Below are positions 1-10,118 of a stretch of 64,000 nucleotides of DNA, piece by piece; position 1 is the stretch's first letter, and every line of letters begins with the position of its first letter. Below the pieces are notes generated by a model that worked only from the letters and a program-made list of their open reading frames with translations, was not told the DNA's origin and made no database searches. The translations under genes were made by a program, and so were the position numbers. Source of the DNA: Chloropicon primus (taxonomy: Eukaryota); the NCBI GenBank assembly GCA_023205875.1, contig CP060762.1, positions 248,001 to 312,000 of the forward strand. The letters run 5' to 3'.

Positions 1-3
1 TTT

Positions 4-607
4 TTACTCGGCCTCGGGCTGATCCTTGCTCTGGTCGTCCTCGCTGGCCTTCTCGGCGGCTTCCTCCCTCGCGGCGAGAGACTCTTCTTCCGCTTGGAGC
101 ATGATGCCATAATACTCTGCATTCTCCTCCATGCATTCCTTCAAAAGCTTCGTCTGATTCAGGCAGTTCTCAACGAAATCCCCGCCTTCCTTGTCCCTGC
201 AAGAGTCGACGCACTCCTCCCATGCCACGAACACGTCCTTGCACGCCCCTCCCTTCATGAACTTGCAGAAGCCACAAGTCTCCTCCTCCTCCTCCTCCTC
301 CTCCTGAAAAAGAAAAGAATGAAATATGTCAGTGAGACGATTCCCGGCATCACGGATCCCCAACCCCTTTGGTCGCACGCCTCTCGAGCGATGCCAAACA
401 CGTACGTACCTCTCCCTCTCCCTCTCCTCCTCCTTCCTTGTGCTCCACACTTTTTCCCGTCGTTGGAGTTGCTTCCCTCTCATCGCCAGCCTTCGTCGAG
501 GTGGCGTCGGCATCGACATCGTCGTCGGTGCGAGGTGCTTCCCTCCCCGATGCCTCCCTCGCGTCGTCGTCCCCCTCCTTGGCCTTGCTCCTGGCCATCC
601 CCTCCAT
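4..607 (-). CDS. GCK-domain (twin Cx9C-like) protein; 2 exons (410-607, 4-303)
   Basis: CGFCKFMKGGACKDVFVAWEECV...C......L.ECM..N.EYY motif. GTACGT donor at 409 and polypyrimidine-CAG acceptor at 304 give an in-frame join. Confidence 0.8.
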
Positions 608-783
608 GGCGGCTCACCAGCAGATCTGATCAGATCGCAAAATGGAGGAAGAGGATGAGCGCAAGGGGCTTGAGGTGAGGGGATGATGATCATGCGTGGA
701 GCAAGGACATTGTTCTCTGTCTGTCTGTCTCTGTGTCACTTGGTCTCTCTCTCCGTCTCATCGGACTTGCTGCAGTCTCCTTT

Positions 784-822
<39 letters not shown>

Positions 823-872
823 TCCTCGCGAGAGCATCTAATCTGTGTTACAAGCCTGATCCGTTTTTCTCT

Positions 873-1925
873 CTAAAAGTAAGAGTTCCAACTTTTTTCA
901 GTCGCTGCCTTCTCCTTTTCGGTCTCCTTTGAGCAAAGGAGCTGTATGTGAACGCTCGAGGCGAGGACGGGCATCTGTGAAGTGCGTTCTCTTTCCTTCC
1001 TTGCCTTCTTCTCAAACTTGATGGTCTCGTTCTGCTGGCACGCCAAGTACAGCACCCGCTGGAGAAGCTGGTTCGACCCGCAGCCAGCGAGGGAGAAGAT
1101 GTTTGGGTTCTGAAACGGGTACTCTGGCTGAAGGGGGTTCCCATTCGTGTCGTGCTTGTTGTTGTACCTCGCCGCCCTGTAATCGGTCCTGCTCGCTTGG
1201 GTTGGCAAAGATAACCGCCTCGCCTTGCTCCAAGCCTTCTTGGCTGAGAAAGACGTGTCCACCTGAGCCACGGACGCACTCCTCTCCCGGAATAATCCAG
1301 ACCCATCCACACTTTCCGGTCGCTTCCTTTCCTTCTTGCTCTTCTTGGGCTTCTTCCCCGTGGTCTCGAACTCCTGGAGCGTCTTGGCCTCCTTCATCAG
1401 GGCCCCGAAGTTGTAGACGCCAGTAGAGTGCCCGCTTCCGCCGGTGATGCCGTTGGCACCGTCCCCCCCGGGAGCATCGACCTTCTTCCTCTCCCGCGTC
1501 CTCTCTTTCCTCTCCTTCGAGGCCTGCCTGCCGTTCCTTTGAAGTAGCTTCGAGGCCGGGGCGCCACCGCGCGTCGCCGCCGCCGTCGTCGTCGTGGAAT
1601 TCAGGCCGTTCCCACCGATTCGCTTCTTCTTCGAGGCCTCTGCCCTGTTAGATCCGTGGCCCCTTGCCGAGGACGATGTCACACTCTTCTTCTCCAGCAG
1701 CATGGCTTCCCTCTTGTTGTGTTCCCCTTCCCACAAGTCCTGCTGGTATAGCTCCAGGCACTCAATAATCTTGGGCTCTGACCTCACCGCCTCCCGGTAC
1801 GCCACGTGCTCGACAATCCGCCGCATTAGCTTCTCCACATACGTCCTGTTCTCCTGTGCACTCTCACCCTTCCTCCCTAAGGACTTGAGACTCTTCGTGA
1901 GCCCCTTCCCTTCCCTCTTGCTCAT
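873..1925 (-). CDS. Hypothetical basic (Lys/Arg-rich) protein, ~350 aa
   Basis: Long ATG-initiated ORF with coding-like composition. Minus-strand TGTAA at 848-852 just after the stop. No family recognised. Confidence 0.6.
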   Translation of the reverse strand: MSKREGKGLTKSLKSLGRKGESAQENRTYVEKLMRRIVEHVAYREAVRSEPKIIECLELYQQDLWEGEHNKREAMLLEKKSVTSSSARGHGSNRAEASKKKRIGGNGLNSTTTTAAATRGGAPASKLLQRNGRQASKERKERTRERKKVDAPGGDGANGITGGSGHSTGVYNFGALMKEAKTLQEFETTGKKPKKSKKERKRPESVDGSGLFRERSASVAQVDTSFSAKKAWSKARRLSLPTQASRTDYRAARYNNKHDTNGNPLQPEYPFQNPNIFSLAGCGSNQLLQRVLYLACQQNETIKFEKKARKERERTSQMPVLASSVHIQLLCSKETEKEKAATEKSWNSYF

Positions 1926-2042
1926 CTTGGCCTTATCCTTTCCACAAAATCAATCCTATCAACCAACAGCAACCAACTAAGCGAACGTTCGTCGTCTAAA
2001 GTCAATCCCTGGCCATCTTCTCCGCATCTCAAAGTACCTTGG

Positions 2043-2315
2043 CAGCCGCTCACTCCTCCTCCTTGAATTCAACACTCTGCACCACCTTGCCTTGCTGCCC
2101 TTCCTGTCACCTCTCTGGTGCTGCAGAGCTGTTCTGTCCTTGTCCTTTTCAAACCTTTTTGGGACGAGAAAACAAAAAAGGCGGAACCTTTGACTACTCC
2201 ATGGAGAGAAAAACGAGGCAAGCCCTCGCGAAGATCGTGCAAGCCGCTCACTCCTCCTCCTTGAGTTCACAACCTCGCCTTGCTGCTCCTCCTGTCACCT
2301 CTCTGGTGCTGCAGA
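2043..2315. repeat. Imperfect intergenic direct repeat, 2 copies, ~190-200 bp period
   Basis: agccgctcactcctcctccttga and cctgtcacctctctggtgctgcaga each occur twice (~2043-2127 and ~2242-2315). Confidence 0.8.
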
Positions 2316-2690
2316 ACAAGAATTTTTTGAAATTCTGCTGGCTTGCTGTTTCTCTCTGGCAGAGAGACAGAGAGACGAAGGTAGGGACAAGCAATGTAGA
2401 GGCACGAGGGCATCGAGGAGGGATGCCTCCTTTGAACCTTTTCGGAGCCCCGATTCGGGGTTGTCGCTAGTCTTGGGTTTGGAGAAGGAACGAGGAGGCC
2501 AAGGTGGGGCGGACGCGAGCCAGGCGGGTGTTCTCACCAAGAGGGAGGGTGGGCCAAGGGTGGACCCTGTCGTTTGATACGTTTCGTGGTTCCTTCCACT
2601 TTCTAACATCATGTAATACACACATCGTCGTTAGAGGCTTGCGGGGGTCGAGATATAGAGTTACAAGGTGGTCTGGTGCAGCGTCCAAGC

Positions 2691-3778
2691 TCAAAGAATT
2701 TCCTCAAGGTAGTCCTTGATCTCCGACTTGCTCAGGGAGCGGAACTCGTGGTCTTTCCCGACGATGCCGACCTCAATATTATCCTCGTCCATGGCACCTT
2801 CGAAGCCTTCCTTGAGAGTCAAGAGCGCCGCACCGATGGCATCTTCGAGCAACATATCCTCAGAATACCTCTTCTCCAGGAACTCCTTGGCATCCGTCAT
2901 GTTCTTGCCAATCGCACTCGCCTTCCAAGCAAAGTACGTCCCCGAAGGATCGGCCTGGTAGAGTTGAGGGCCGTGCGAGTCGTATCCAGCGATAAGCAGG
3001 GAGACTCCAAACGGTCTGACGCCACCCGACTGGGTGAACTCCTGCATGACCGTGGCAACCTCCCTCACGAGCTGGGCCACGGGAATCCTCTCGTTGTATG
3101 TCATGAAGTACATCTGAGCTGCCTTCCTCGCCTTCCTCACGAGTATCCTCGAGTCTGGCCCCATGCCGCTGTAGATGACCCCGATCTCTGGCGTCAGCTG
3201 GACGATCTTCTTCACGCTCTCCTTGTCCACAAGAACGCTCGGAAGCTTCTTCTCCGTCGCGATGACGACGCCGTCCCTCGCCTTGATGCCGAGCGAGGTC
3301 GCCCCTTGGTTCACGGCGTTCAGGGCATGCTCTATCTGCACAAGCTTCCCTGAGGGGCTGAACGTCGTCAGAGAAAAGGAGTAAGCCTAACGATGATGAA
3401 GTTGATGTTGATAACAGTGACGACGAGAACGATGATGATGATGATGATGATGATGATGCCCAGCGAAGAAGTTGCACAAAAACAAAACGAAGAAGAAGAC
3501 GACGGTAAAGGTGTCAGCAAAGCCGCTCCTTTCGCATGGCACCGCACAAGAGTTCGCTCCCGCCAAGAACGAAGACATACAACTCGGTGGTTGTCGATCT
3601 ACGACGACAAGCGGCAGATCGATCTGTCCGATCCCTCTACACGAAGCCGCTTCTCTTTCCGCAAGAGGGAAAGGAGGATCGAAGGGTGGAGATCGAAGCC
3701 AAGCGGTGGTCGAAGGATCACCCGCCTTCCCCTCCTCCCTCGTCGCCGTCGGAGCCTCCCACTTACGCTTTCCGCCAT
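2691..3778 (-). CDS. PSMA2: 20S proteasome subunit alpha-2; exons 3767-3778 and 2691-3386
   Basis: Spliced N-terminus [40 protein letters not shown]; 235 aa after joining. Confidence 0.95.
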
Positions 3779-3932
3779 GGTCTTGTGTGTTTTTTGATCT
3801 CTCTCTAGGTTTTCCTTTTCCTGGGGAGAGAGCGAGAGAGAGGAGGCCAGGAGGAGGATCATCCTGGATGATGATGATGATGGATGGATGAAAGCAAAGT
3901 AAAGTGGATAGGAAAGATGTGATCTTGAATGA

Positions 3933-5978
3933 TTAGACTTCATGGGTGAGGCTGTCCATCGTCACGACGCTTGTGTTCGATCGTACTGTGTCGACGACCT
4001 CGTCCTCTGGGTTGGCGTCGCCACCGCCTTCCTCGGTCTTCGTGCCACGTTGGTGAGAAGCACGCTTCGTGCAAGCTAACTGAAGCTTGGATCTGATCTG
4101 GGAGGGCTTCTCGATGAAGAGAGAAGGAAGACCAAATGCCAAGGTGGGGATCACCAGGCAAGGGATCCACCCAAAGCACACCAATGCCCAGTGCTGGTAT
4201 CCGTTGTACGGCCTCATACAATCCCGGACGAAATTATAACCGAAAAGCAGGGCAAGCACCAACGGGGTGAAGAACTTGATCATGTGGGCCCACAAGAAGG
4301 GAAGCCAGAAGGCGTCCTCCCCGCTGTTTTCCCTGACTTGTCTCACCAGCTTGTCCGCGGGATAGAGCCACCCAACCACAAATGCAGAGAGGCCTCCTCC
4401 CATCAACATCAAATACGTCGAGGAGAAGTGATCGAGGATGTCCAGGACATAGTAGCCCGATTTGGTCGCCATAATAAAAGAGAAGAGGAAACCGATCGAG
4501 CAAAAGACGAAAACCACCAGGGGCACGTGCTTCCTGCAGAAGGTGTTGTTGTCGATGAAGGCCTGGGTGCCAAGAGAGGAGGGGCAGAAGGCAGAATCGA
4601 TGATCATCAGTACGACGGGTTACCGCACAGCCAACCCAAGCTTGGGTCACGCGAAGGAGCTTACCTCGCAGACAGCCTCCACGAGGCTCATCGCAGAGTC
4701 AATCCCCAGCAAGAGCAGGGTAAGGAAGAACAGCACCGAGAACGCTTGGGGTGCGCCCTTGCCTGAGAACGAGGAAAAGGTGGCGGGAAACGTTTGAAAA
4801 CTCAGAATGTACCCACTCGACGCCACGGAGTCCACCGACTCGTTCTGGATGAAAGCAAAATGACCCAGCAAGGCAAATACGGCGAACCCGGCCACAATGC
4901 TCGTCATCGAGTTCCCGATAGCAATGATCCAGGTGTTCCTAACCATCTTCGAATCTTTGGCCTGATGGGACGAGTACCCGATCATCACGGCGGTCGAAAG
5001 GGAAAGCCCGAAAAAGATTTGCCCGCAGGCGTCCACCCAAGCATCGAGCGAGAGGAGAGCTCCCGGGTTGTTCGTCGGATTGATGTACGCCATCACGCCA
5101 CTGGATGCACCCTCTTTGGTCAAGCCGTAGATCGTCATGACCGCGATCAGCAAGAACGGCAAAGGCACCGTAACGGTCACGACCCATTGCACTGTCTTGG
5201 TCAATTTGAAGACGCAGATAAAGATCAGGGCCCACTGGCCCAAGAGAGAGAGCAAGAGCGGCCAGTTCAAGGGCCCCATTCCGTCTTTCAGGGTCCAAAG
5301 CTCGCCATCGCTTCCCCGCATCCGAAGCACCGTACCGAAGAAAAATTCTTCCGCGGTCTTCGTGGTCGAGCCCCAGGGCAGTGGAGTTTGAAAGGAGTAG
5401 TATAGGTACTGGAGGGACCAGGCCATGATGACGTTGTAGTACGAAACGACCATGAATGCGGCCCAGGTCACGTAGGCTCCCAAGCCCCACAGGAAAGGGC
5501 GGATGCGGCCGAAAGCCTTCACCGCCGAGCGTTGGGAGATCGTACCAAACATGATTTCCATTCCAAGCATGGGCACCCCGATGAAGACCAAGGCGAAGAG
5601 ATAAGGCAGGAGGAACCCGAACCCATTGTACTTGGTCCCCCCCATGCAGTCAGAAACCGAATCGGCGTGTTGGCGTTGAAGGCGGGGAGGCGAAGAGGGA
5701 GACCACCGGCGTGGCGAGCCTTGCCTTACCTTGTAACAAAGATTCGGGAAGCGCAGGAGGTTGCCGAGTCCAACGGCGCTGCCCAGACATGCCAATATGT
5801 ACTGGGCATCCGTCTTGAACTTGGAGCCGGACTCTCTCTCGCGCATGGAAGACTGCTTTTCCCCAACTGAGCACACGACCACCGTGCTCGGGTCCGTCGG
5901 GGAAACTTTGCAAGTGTCGAGGCCCAGGCTGCAGTTCGACGAGGACCGGCCCAGCCTCCAAGACTTGAGCAAGGGCAT
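3933..5978 (-). CDS. Sodium:neurotransmitter symporter (NSS/SLC6) family transporter; introns 5631-5729 and 4563-4664
   Basis: GSAVGLGNLLRFP TM1 signature, W.DA.GQIFFGLSL, LLLLGIDSA; many hydrophobic segments; GT-AG joins keep frame. Confidence 0.9.
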
Positions 5979-6338
5979 CTCCGTTCTCGCTCTAGCGATC
6001 GCCTATGCTCTCTGGAAAGGAGTCGAGATGAAGGAGCGTAAGCGTCAGCCCTTGTTTTCACGTCGCTTCAGTTCGGCGACGCGTCGTGCGAGGAAAAGGT
6101 ATAGGCGTCGGACGAAAGAAAGAAGACGAGAAGAGGAAGAAGAAGAAGAAGGTCAAGCTCGAGGCTCTCCTCCGCGTTCCCAAGCGCCTCACCTCTCACC
6201 TCTCGATCGATCGACACAGCTTCTTGACAAGAGCTGTCTTCGATTTTTGAATCATCATAACGGCTAAGCTTGAGAGGTCAAAAAATCATTTCTTTTTTTT
6301 TATTTTCCTCAGGACGAGAGGACTGGTGATGACGATGC

Positions 6339-7023
6339 TGGTGATGACGACGCTGTGGACGACGATGATGGCATCACCATCATCACTCTCCTCCTCAATT
6401 GGGTTGTTGGCCTTGGTGCCCCCTGAAGGTCTCGACCAGGGACGGTTGTGACAGGCAAAATCATTATTTTCTTGGTGACGACGACGCTGTTGTTTATGAT
6501 GATGATGACGATGATGGCATCACCATCATCACTCTCCTCCTCAATTGGGTTGTTGGCCTTGGTGCCCCCTGAAGGTCTCGACCAGGGACGGTTGTGACAG
6601 GCAAAATCATTATTTTCTTGGTGACGACGACGCTGTTGTTTATGATGATGATGACGATGATGGCATCACCATCATCACTCTCCTCCTCAATTGGGTTGTT
6701 GGCCTTGGTGCCCCCTGAAGGTCTCGACCAGGGACGGTTGTGACAGGCAAAATCATTATTTTCTTGGTGACGACGACGCTGTTGTTTATGATGATGATGA
6801 CGATGATGGCATCACCATCATCACTCTCCTCCTCAATTGGGTTGTTGGCCTTGGTGCCCCCTGAAGGTCTCGACCAGGGACGGTTGTGACAGGCAAAATC
6901 ATTATTTTCTTGGTGACGACGACGCTGTTGTTTATGATGATGATGACGATGATGGCATCACCATCATCACTCTCCTCCTCAATTGGGTTGTTGGCCTTGG
7001 TGCCCCCTGAAGGTCTCGACCAG
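6339..7023. repeat. Tandem repeat, 146-bp unit, ~4.5 copies, containing the 3' end of the aldolase gene
   Basis: Near-identical units start gtgacaggcaaaatc at 6448, 6594, 6740 and 6886; a partial diverged copy starts at ~6340. Confidence 0.95.
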
Positions 7024-8079
7024 GCTAGCTGTGGAAGGAGAAGGGTGGGGTGGCTGGTACAATCCCTCGCAGGCCTTGGAGTTCGCCTGGGCGAGAGCGA
7101 GGGATTGCTCCCTGCAAGCGGGGGCGTTCGAGGGGTCGCCCTTCCACAGCTTGAGCACGCTCGCCTGGAGGGCCCTGCCGAACGAGAAAGAGAGCTTCCA
7201 GGGCTGGGCGTTGTTGTACCTCTCCCGGGCGAGCAGGTTGATCTTGTTCAAGTTCACGGTCGCTTGCTCCTCGGTGAGGCCGCCGCTCAGGAAGAAGACC
7301 CCCGCGAGGTCGCCGGGCAAGCACTCGTCGAACACGTCCAGGGTCGCCGCCGCGACCTCGTCCGACCCCGCCTGGGTCGGGCAGTCGGACCCCGGCATGA
7401 CCATCTGCGGCTTCAGCAGGCAGAGCTTCATGTCCACCTTGTGCTCCTGCAGCCTCCTCACGACTTCCTTCAAGACCTGGGTCGAGACCTCCCTCGACCT
7501 TGCCATGTCGTAGTCGCTCGTGATCAGGATCTCTGGCTCGACGATGGGGACGAGTCCCTGCTCCTGGCATATCCTCGCGTACCGGGCGAGCTGCTCCGCG
7601 TTCTCCTCGATGCACTGCCGGGAGGGCAGGGACCCCGTGACTTTGAGGGCGGACCTCCACTTGGCGAATCTCGCTCCCTGCTCGCGGTACTTGGCGCACC
7701 TCTCCTCCAAAGTGTCCAGCCCCTTTGTCACCGTCTCTTCCTCGCCCAAAGGAGCCAGGCCCTGATCAACTTTGATCCCCGGGAGCACCCCCTTCCCCTT
7801 CAGGATCTCCACAAACGGCTTCCCGTCCTTGGTCGATTGCAGGAGCGTCTCCTCGTGAAGGATGATCCCCCCGAAGCACGACCCCGTCTCGCTCGTCACC
7901 AATATTTCTCTGTACTGCCTCCTCGTCTCTTCCACGTTCTCCAGGTGGCTCAGCTCCGGCGTGTTCTTCAGCCTCTTCCCCAACGTCCCCGGGCTCTCAT
8001 CGGCGGCCAGGATCCCCTTGCCTCGGCCGCACAGGTGGCTCACGCTCTCCGCAAGCGAACCCTGGTACTTGAATGCCAT
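6979..8079 (-). CDS. FBA: Fructose-bisphosphate aldolase class I (start may extend through an upstream exon; acceptor at 8131)
   Basis: GKGILAADES, GIKVDQG, ARFAKWR, LVPIVEPEIL, LLKP (Schiff-base Lys), FLSGG, LSFSFGRALQ. Confidence 0.95.
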   Translation of the reverse strand: MAFKYQGSLAESVSHLCGRGKGILAADESPGTLGKRLKNTPELSHLENVEETRRQYREILVTSETGSCFGGIILHEETLLQSTKDGKPFVEILKGKGVLPGIKVDQGLAPLGEEETVTKGLDTLEERCAKYREQGARFAKWRSALKVTGSLPSRQCIEENAEQLARYARICQEQGLVPIVEPEILITSDYDMARSREVSTQVLKEVVRRLQEHKVDMKLCLLKPQMVMPGSDCPTQAGSDEVAAATLDVFDECLPGDLAGVFFLSGGLTEEQATVNLNKINLLARERYNNAQPWKLSFSFGRALQASVLKLWKGDPSNAPACREQSLALAQANSKACEGLYQPPHPSPSTASLVETFRGHQGQQPN

Positions 8080-8697
8080 CGCGTCGTCTGGTTCCCCTAC
8101 TGCTCCTAATGGCAAGGACTCACACGAGATCTGAGGAGCAAAAAACGAAATCAGCCACACAAGCGAGGGAGGAAACCCAGCAACGCAAGCTCACACTCGC
8201 CTCAGCACGGCGATGGACTGTGGGCACGGCAGCAGCAGCAGCTGTGGAGAAGTATCCTGATTGGCGGTGAGAAGGAAGACGCGATGGAGGTCGAGTCAGA
8301 AACACCTGGCGCGATGACGATGATGATGACGATGACGATGGCGATGGCGATGGACGGGCCACACTACCCGCGCGCGGCGTCAAGGAGGACAAACTCAAAC
8401 TCAGGACAAAGTGCCAGGTGTCCTCCAAAAAGCAAAACGTTTGATGCCACTACGTCCCCACCCGTGGTCCAATTCCTCCGATCGACGGCTCTATCGAAAG
8501 ACCAGGAGATGAAGCGTCGCGTCATGCAGTTCCCTTCGACCCAAGATCCCGTTCTACGTCCTTATCCTTGGCCTGAACTCACCTCGCTCGGTCTATCGCC
8601 CTTTCACAGCTCGAGCCTTATCCCCAGGAGATCCTTTCCATTTTTTCCATTTGGGCCAAGGGCTTCGACTCGAAAACACGAGACCGCCGACTTGGCG

Positions 8698-8980
8698 ATC
8701 GACTATCGGTGCCAGGGAGGCGGAGGGAGGGGAGGACGTCGTGGTATCGGGAAAGTACATCTCGCGGGCTTTCCATCGGTACCTCGCTTGACCGGTTTGT
8801 CGAGAATTGGTGCAATCGGCGGGCTCCAAAAGGGTGGCGAGTTTCCTGCGAGGGAGAGGCGTAGGGCATTACCTTTGCGATCGATTATCGGTGCCAGGGA
8901 GGCGGAGGGAGGGAGAGGCGTCGTCGTCTCGGGAAATTACATCTCGCGGGCTTTCCATCGGTACCTCGCTTGACCGGTTT
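8698..8980. repeat. Intergenic direct repeat, ~100 bp x2, period 182-183 bp
   Basis: tatcggtgccagggaggcggagggaggg...tacatctcgcgggctttccatcggtacctcgcttgaccggttt at ~8704-8798 and ~8887-8980. Confidence 0.9.
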
Positions 8981-9067
8981 CGTCGCGGAGGAGGATTATT
9001 GACGAGAGTTTGGATCGCTGAGGCGTAGGGGTGTTGGTTTTGTGGAGGTGGACCATACTTGACGAAG

Positions 9068-10066
9068 ATGCAGAGGGGGGACGAGGGGATGGCGTCCAAG
9101 CTGACGCTTCCCGTGAGGTCCACACGCGGGAAGAGGATGTCCGCGCTCATCGGGGAGGCGGAGGAGGCGGACAAGGAGTTCTGGAACCAGGACTTCTTCG
9201 CGGAGGAGACGAGGGACCAGGAGTACGAGAAGAGTGACAGCGAGACGAGTGTGTACGACAGCGATTTCGACGACAAGGAGGACCACGGGGACGAGGACGG
9301 GGACGAGGACAGTGACGATGAGGAGAGGAGGGAGAGGCTTCGGAAGAAGAAGAAGCTCCTGCCTCCGGGGCGGGCCAAGCCCAAGCCCAAGGCGCAGGCG
9401 GGTCCCGGGTCTGCGAGGCCGAGCTCGCGGAGGAGGTCGACGCAGGGCGTCGAGGTTGTGGAAATCGTTCGAAAGTCCTCGAGGGCGTCCGTGATGGAAG
9501 CGACCGCGAGGCACGAGGAGCACAAGCGGATGCAGCAGGTCGAGCAGAGGATCAGAAAGTTCAAGCGCGAGTCGGAGTCCTTCAGCCGGCCCAAGACGAT
9601 GGCCGTGGGAATGGAGGACCTTCTCAAGGAGAGCTGCTTGCTCACGGAAGTTCACAACTCGCAGAGCCTGAACTACCTTCTGGAGAGGGAGGAGGAGGCC
9701 AAGAGGCGGCACGCCGTCCAGAGCAGGAAGGTTTACACGGGGCCGAAAGTCAAGTACCACTCCTTCAGGGACAAGGATGGCTTGTCTCGCACAGAGCTGG
9801 TGTACACGGGAGGGGCTCAGAGCCCCAGCGAGGGGGTGCGGGGCCTGGTGCAGAGCCCCCCTTCGGCAGGGCAGCCGCCAAAGTGCGAAATTACGGGAAA
9901 GCCCGCGAGGTACCGCGACCCTCTTTCGGGCTTGTATTTCAGCAGCGTGGAATCCTTCAAGGAGGTCAGGGCCAGGAAGCCGCAGAGCAGCCGACTGCAG
10001 AACAGCGGTCGGCCGCCGAAGCTGATGAAGCTGAAAATCAAGCTGGACTTGAGCAAAAAGCAGTAA
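9068..10066 (+). CDS. SWC2: SWR1 complex subunit Vps72/YL1 (SWC2); start 9068 or 9089
   Basis: YL1 N-terminal RSTRGKRM...FAEE..D.EY...DSDFD; YL1_C CEITGKPARYRDPLSGLYF. Confidence 0.9.
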   Translation: MQRGDEGMASKLTLPVRSTRGKRMSALIGEAEEADKEFWNQDFFAEETRDQEYEKSDSETSVYDSDFDDKEDHGDEDGDEDSDDEERRERLRKKKKLLPPGRAKPKPKAQAGPGSARPSSRRRSTQGVEVVEIVRKSSRASVMEATARHEEHKRMQQVEQRIRKFKRESESFSRPKTMAVGMEDLLKESCLLTEVHNSQSLNYLLEREEEAKRRHAVQSRKVYTGPKVKYHSFRDKDGLSRTELVYTGGAQSPSEGVRGLVQSPPSAGQPPKCEITGKPARYRDPLSGLYFSSVESFKEVRARKPQSSRLQNSGRPPKLMKLKIKLDLSKKQ

Positions 10067-10080
10067 TCCCAATACTGGCG

Positions 10081-10085
10081 TGTAA
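10081..10085 (+). promoter_or_regulatory. Chlorophyte TGTAA polyadenylation signal (representative copy)
   Basis: TGTAA follows stops on the gene's own strand. Plus: 10081, 25870, 40135, 44243, 60926. Minus (TTACA on +): 848, 2661, 13450, 28297, 33551, 35439, 37004, 54916. Confidence 0.75.
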
Positions 10086-10118
10086 CAAACAACAAAAAAA
10101 GCTTGATCATCCCCCTTC

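Noticed and set aside
787..819. (GA)n, (GT)n and (GAT)n microsatellites here and at ~32870, ~41880, ~48030 and ~58615
   Set aside because: Ordinary simple repeats in UTR or intergenic DNA.
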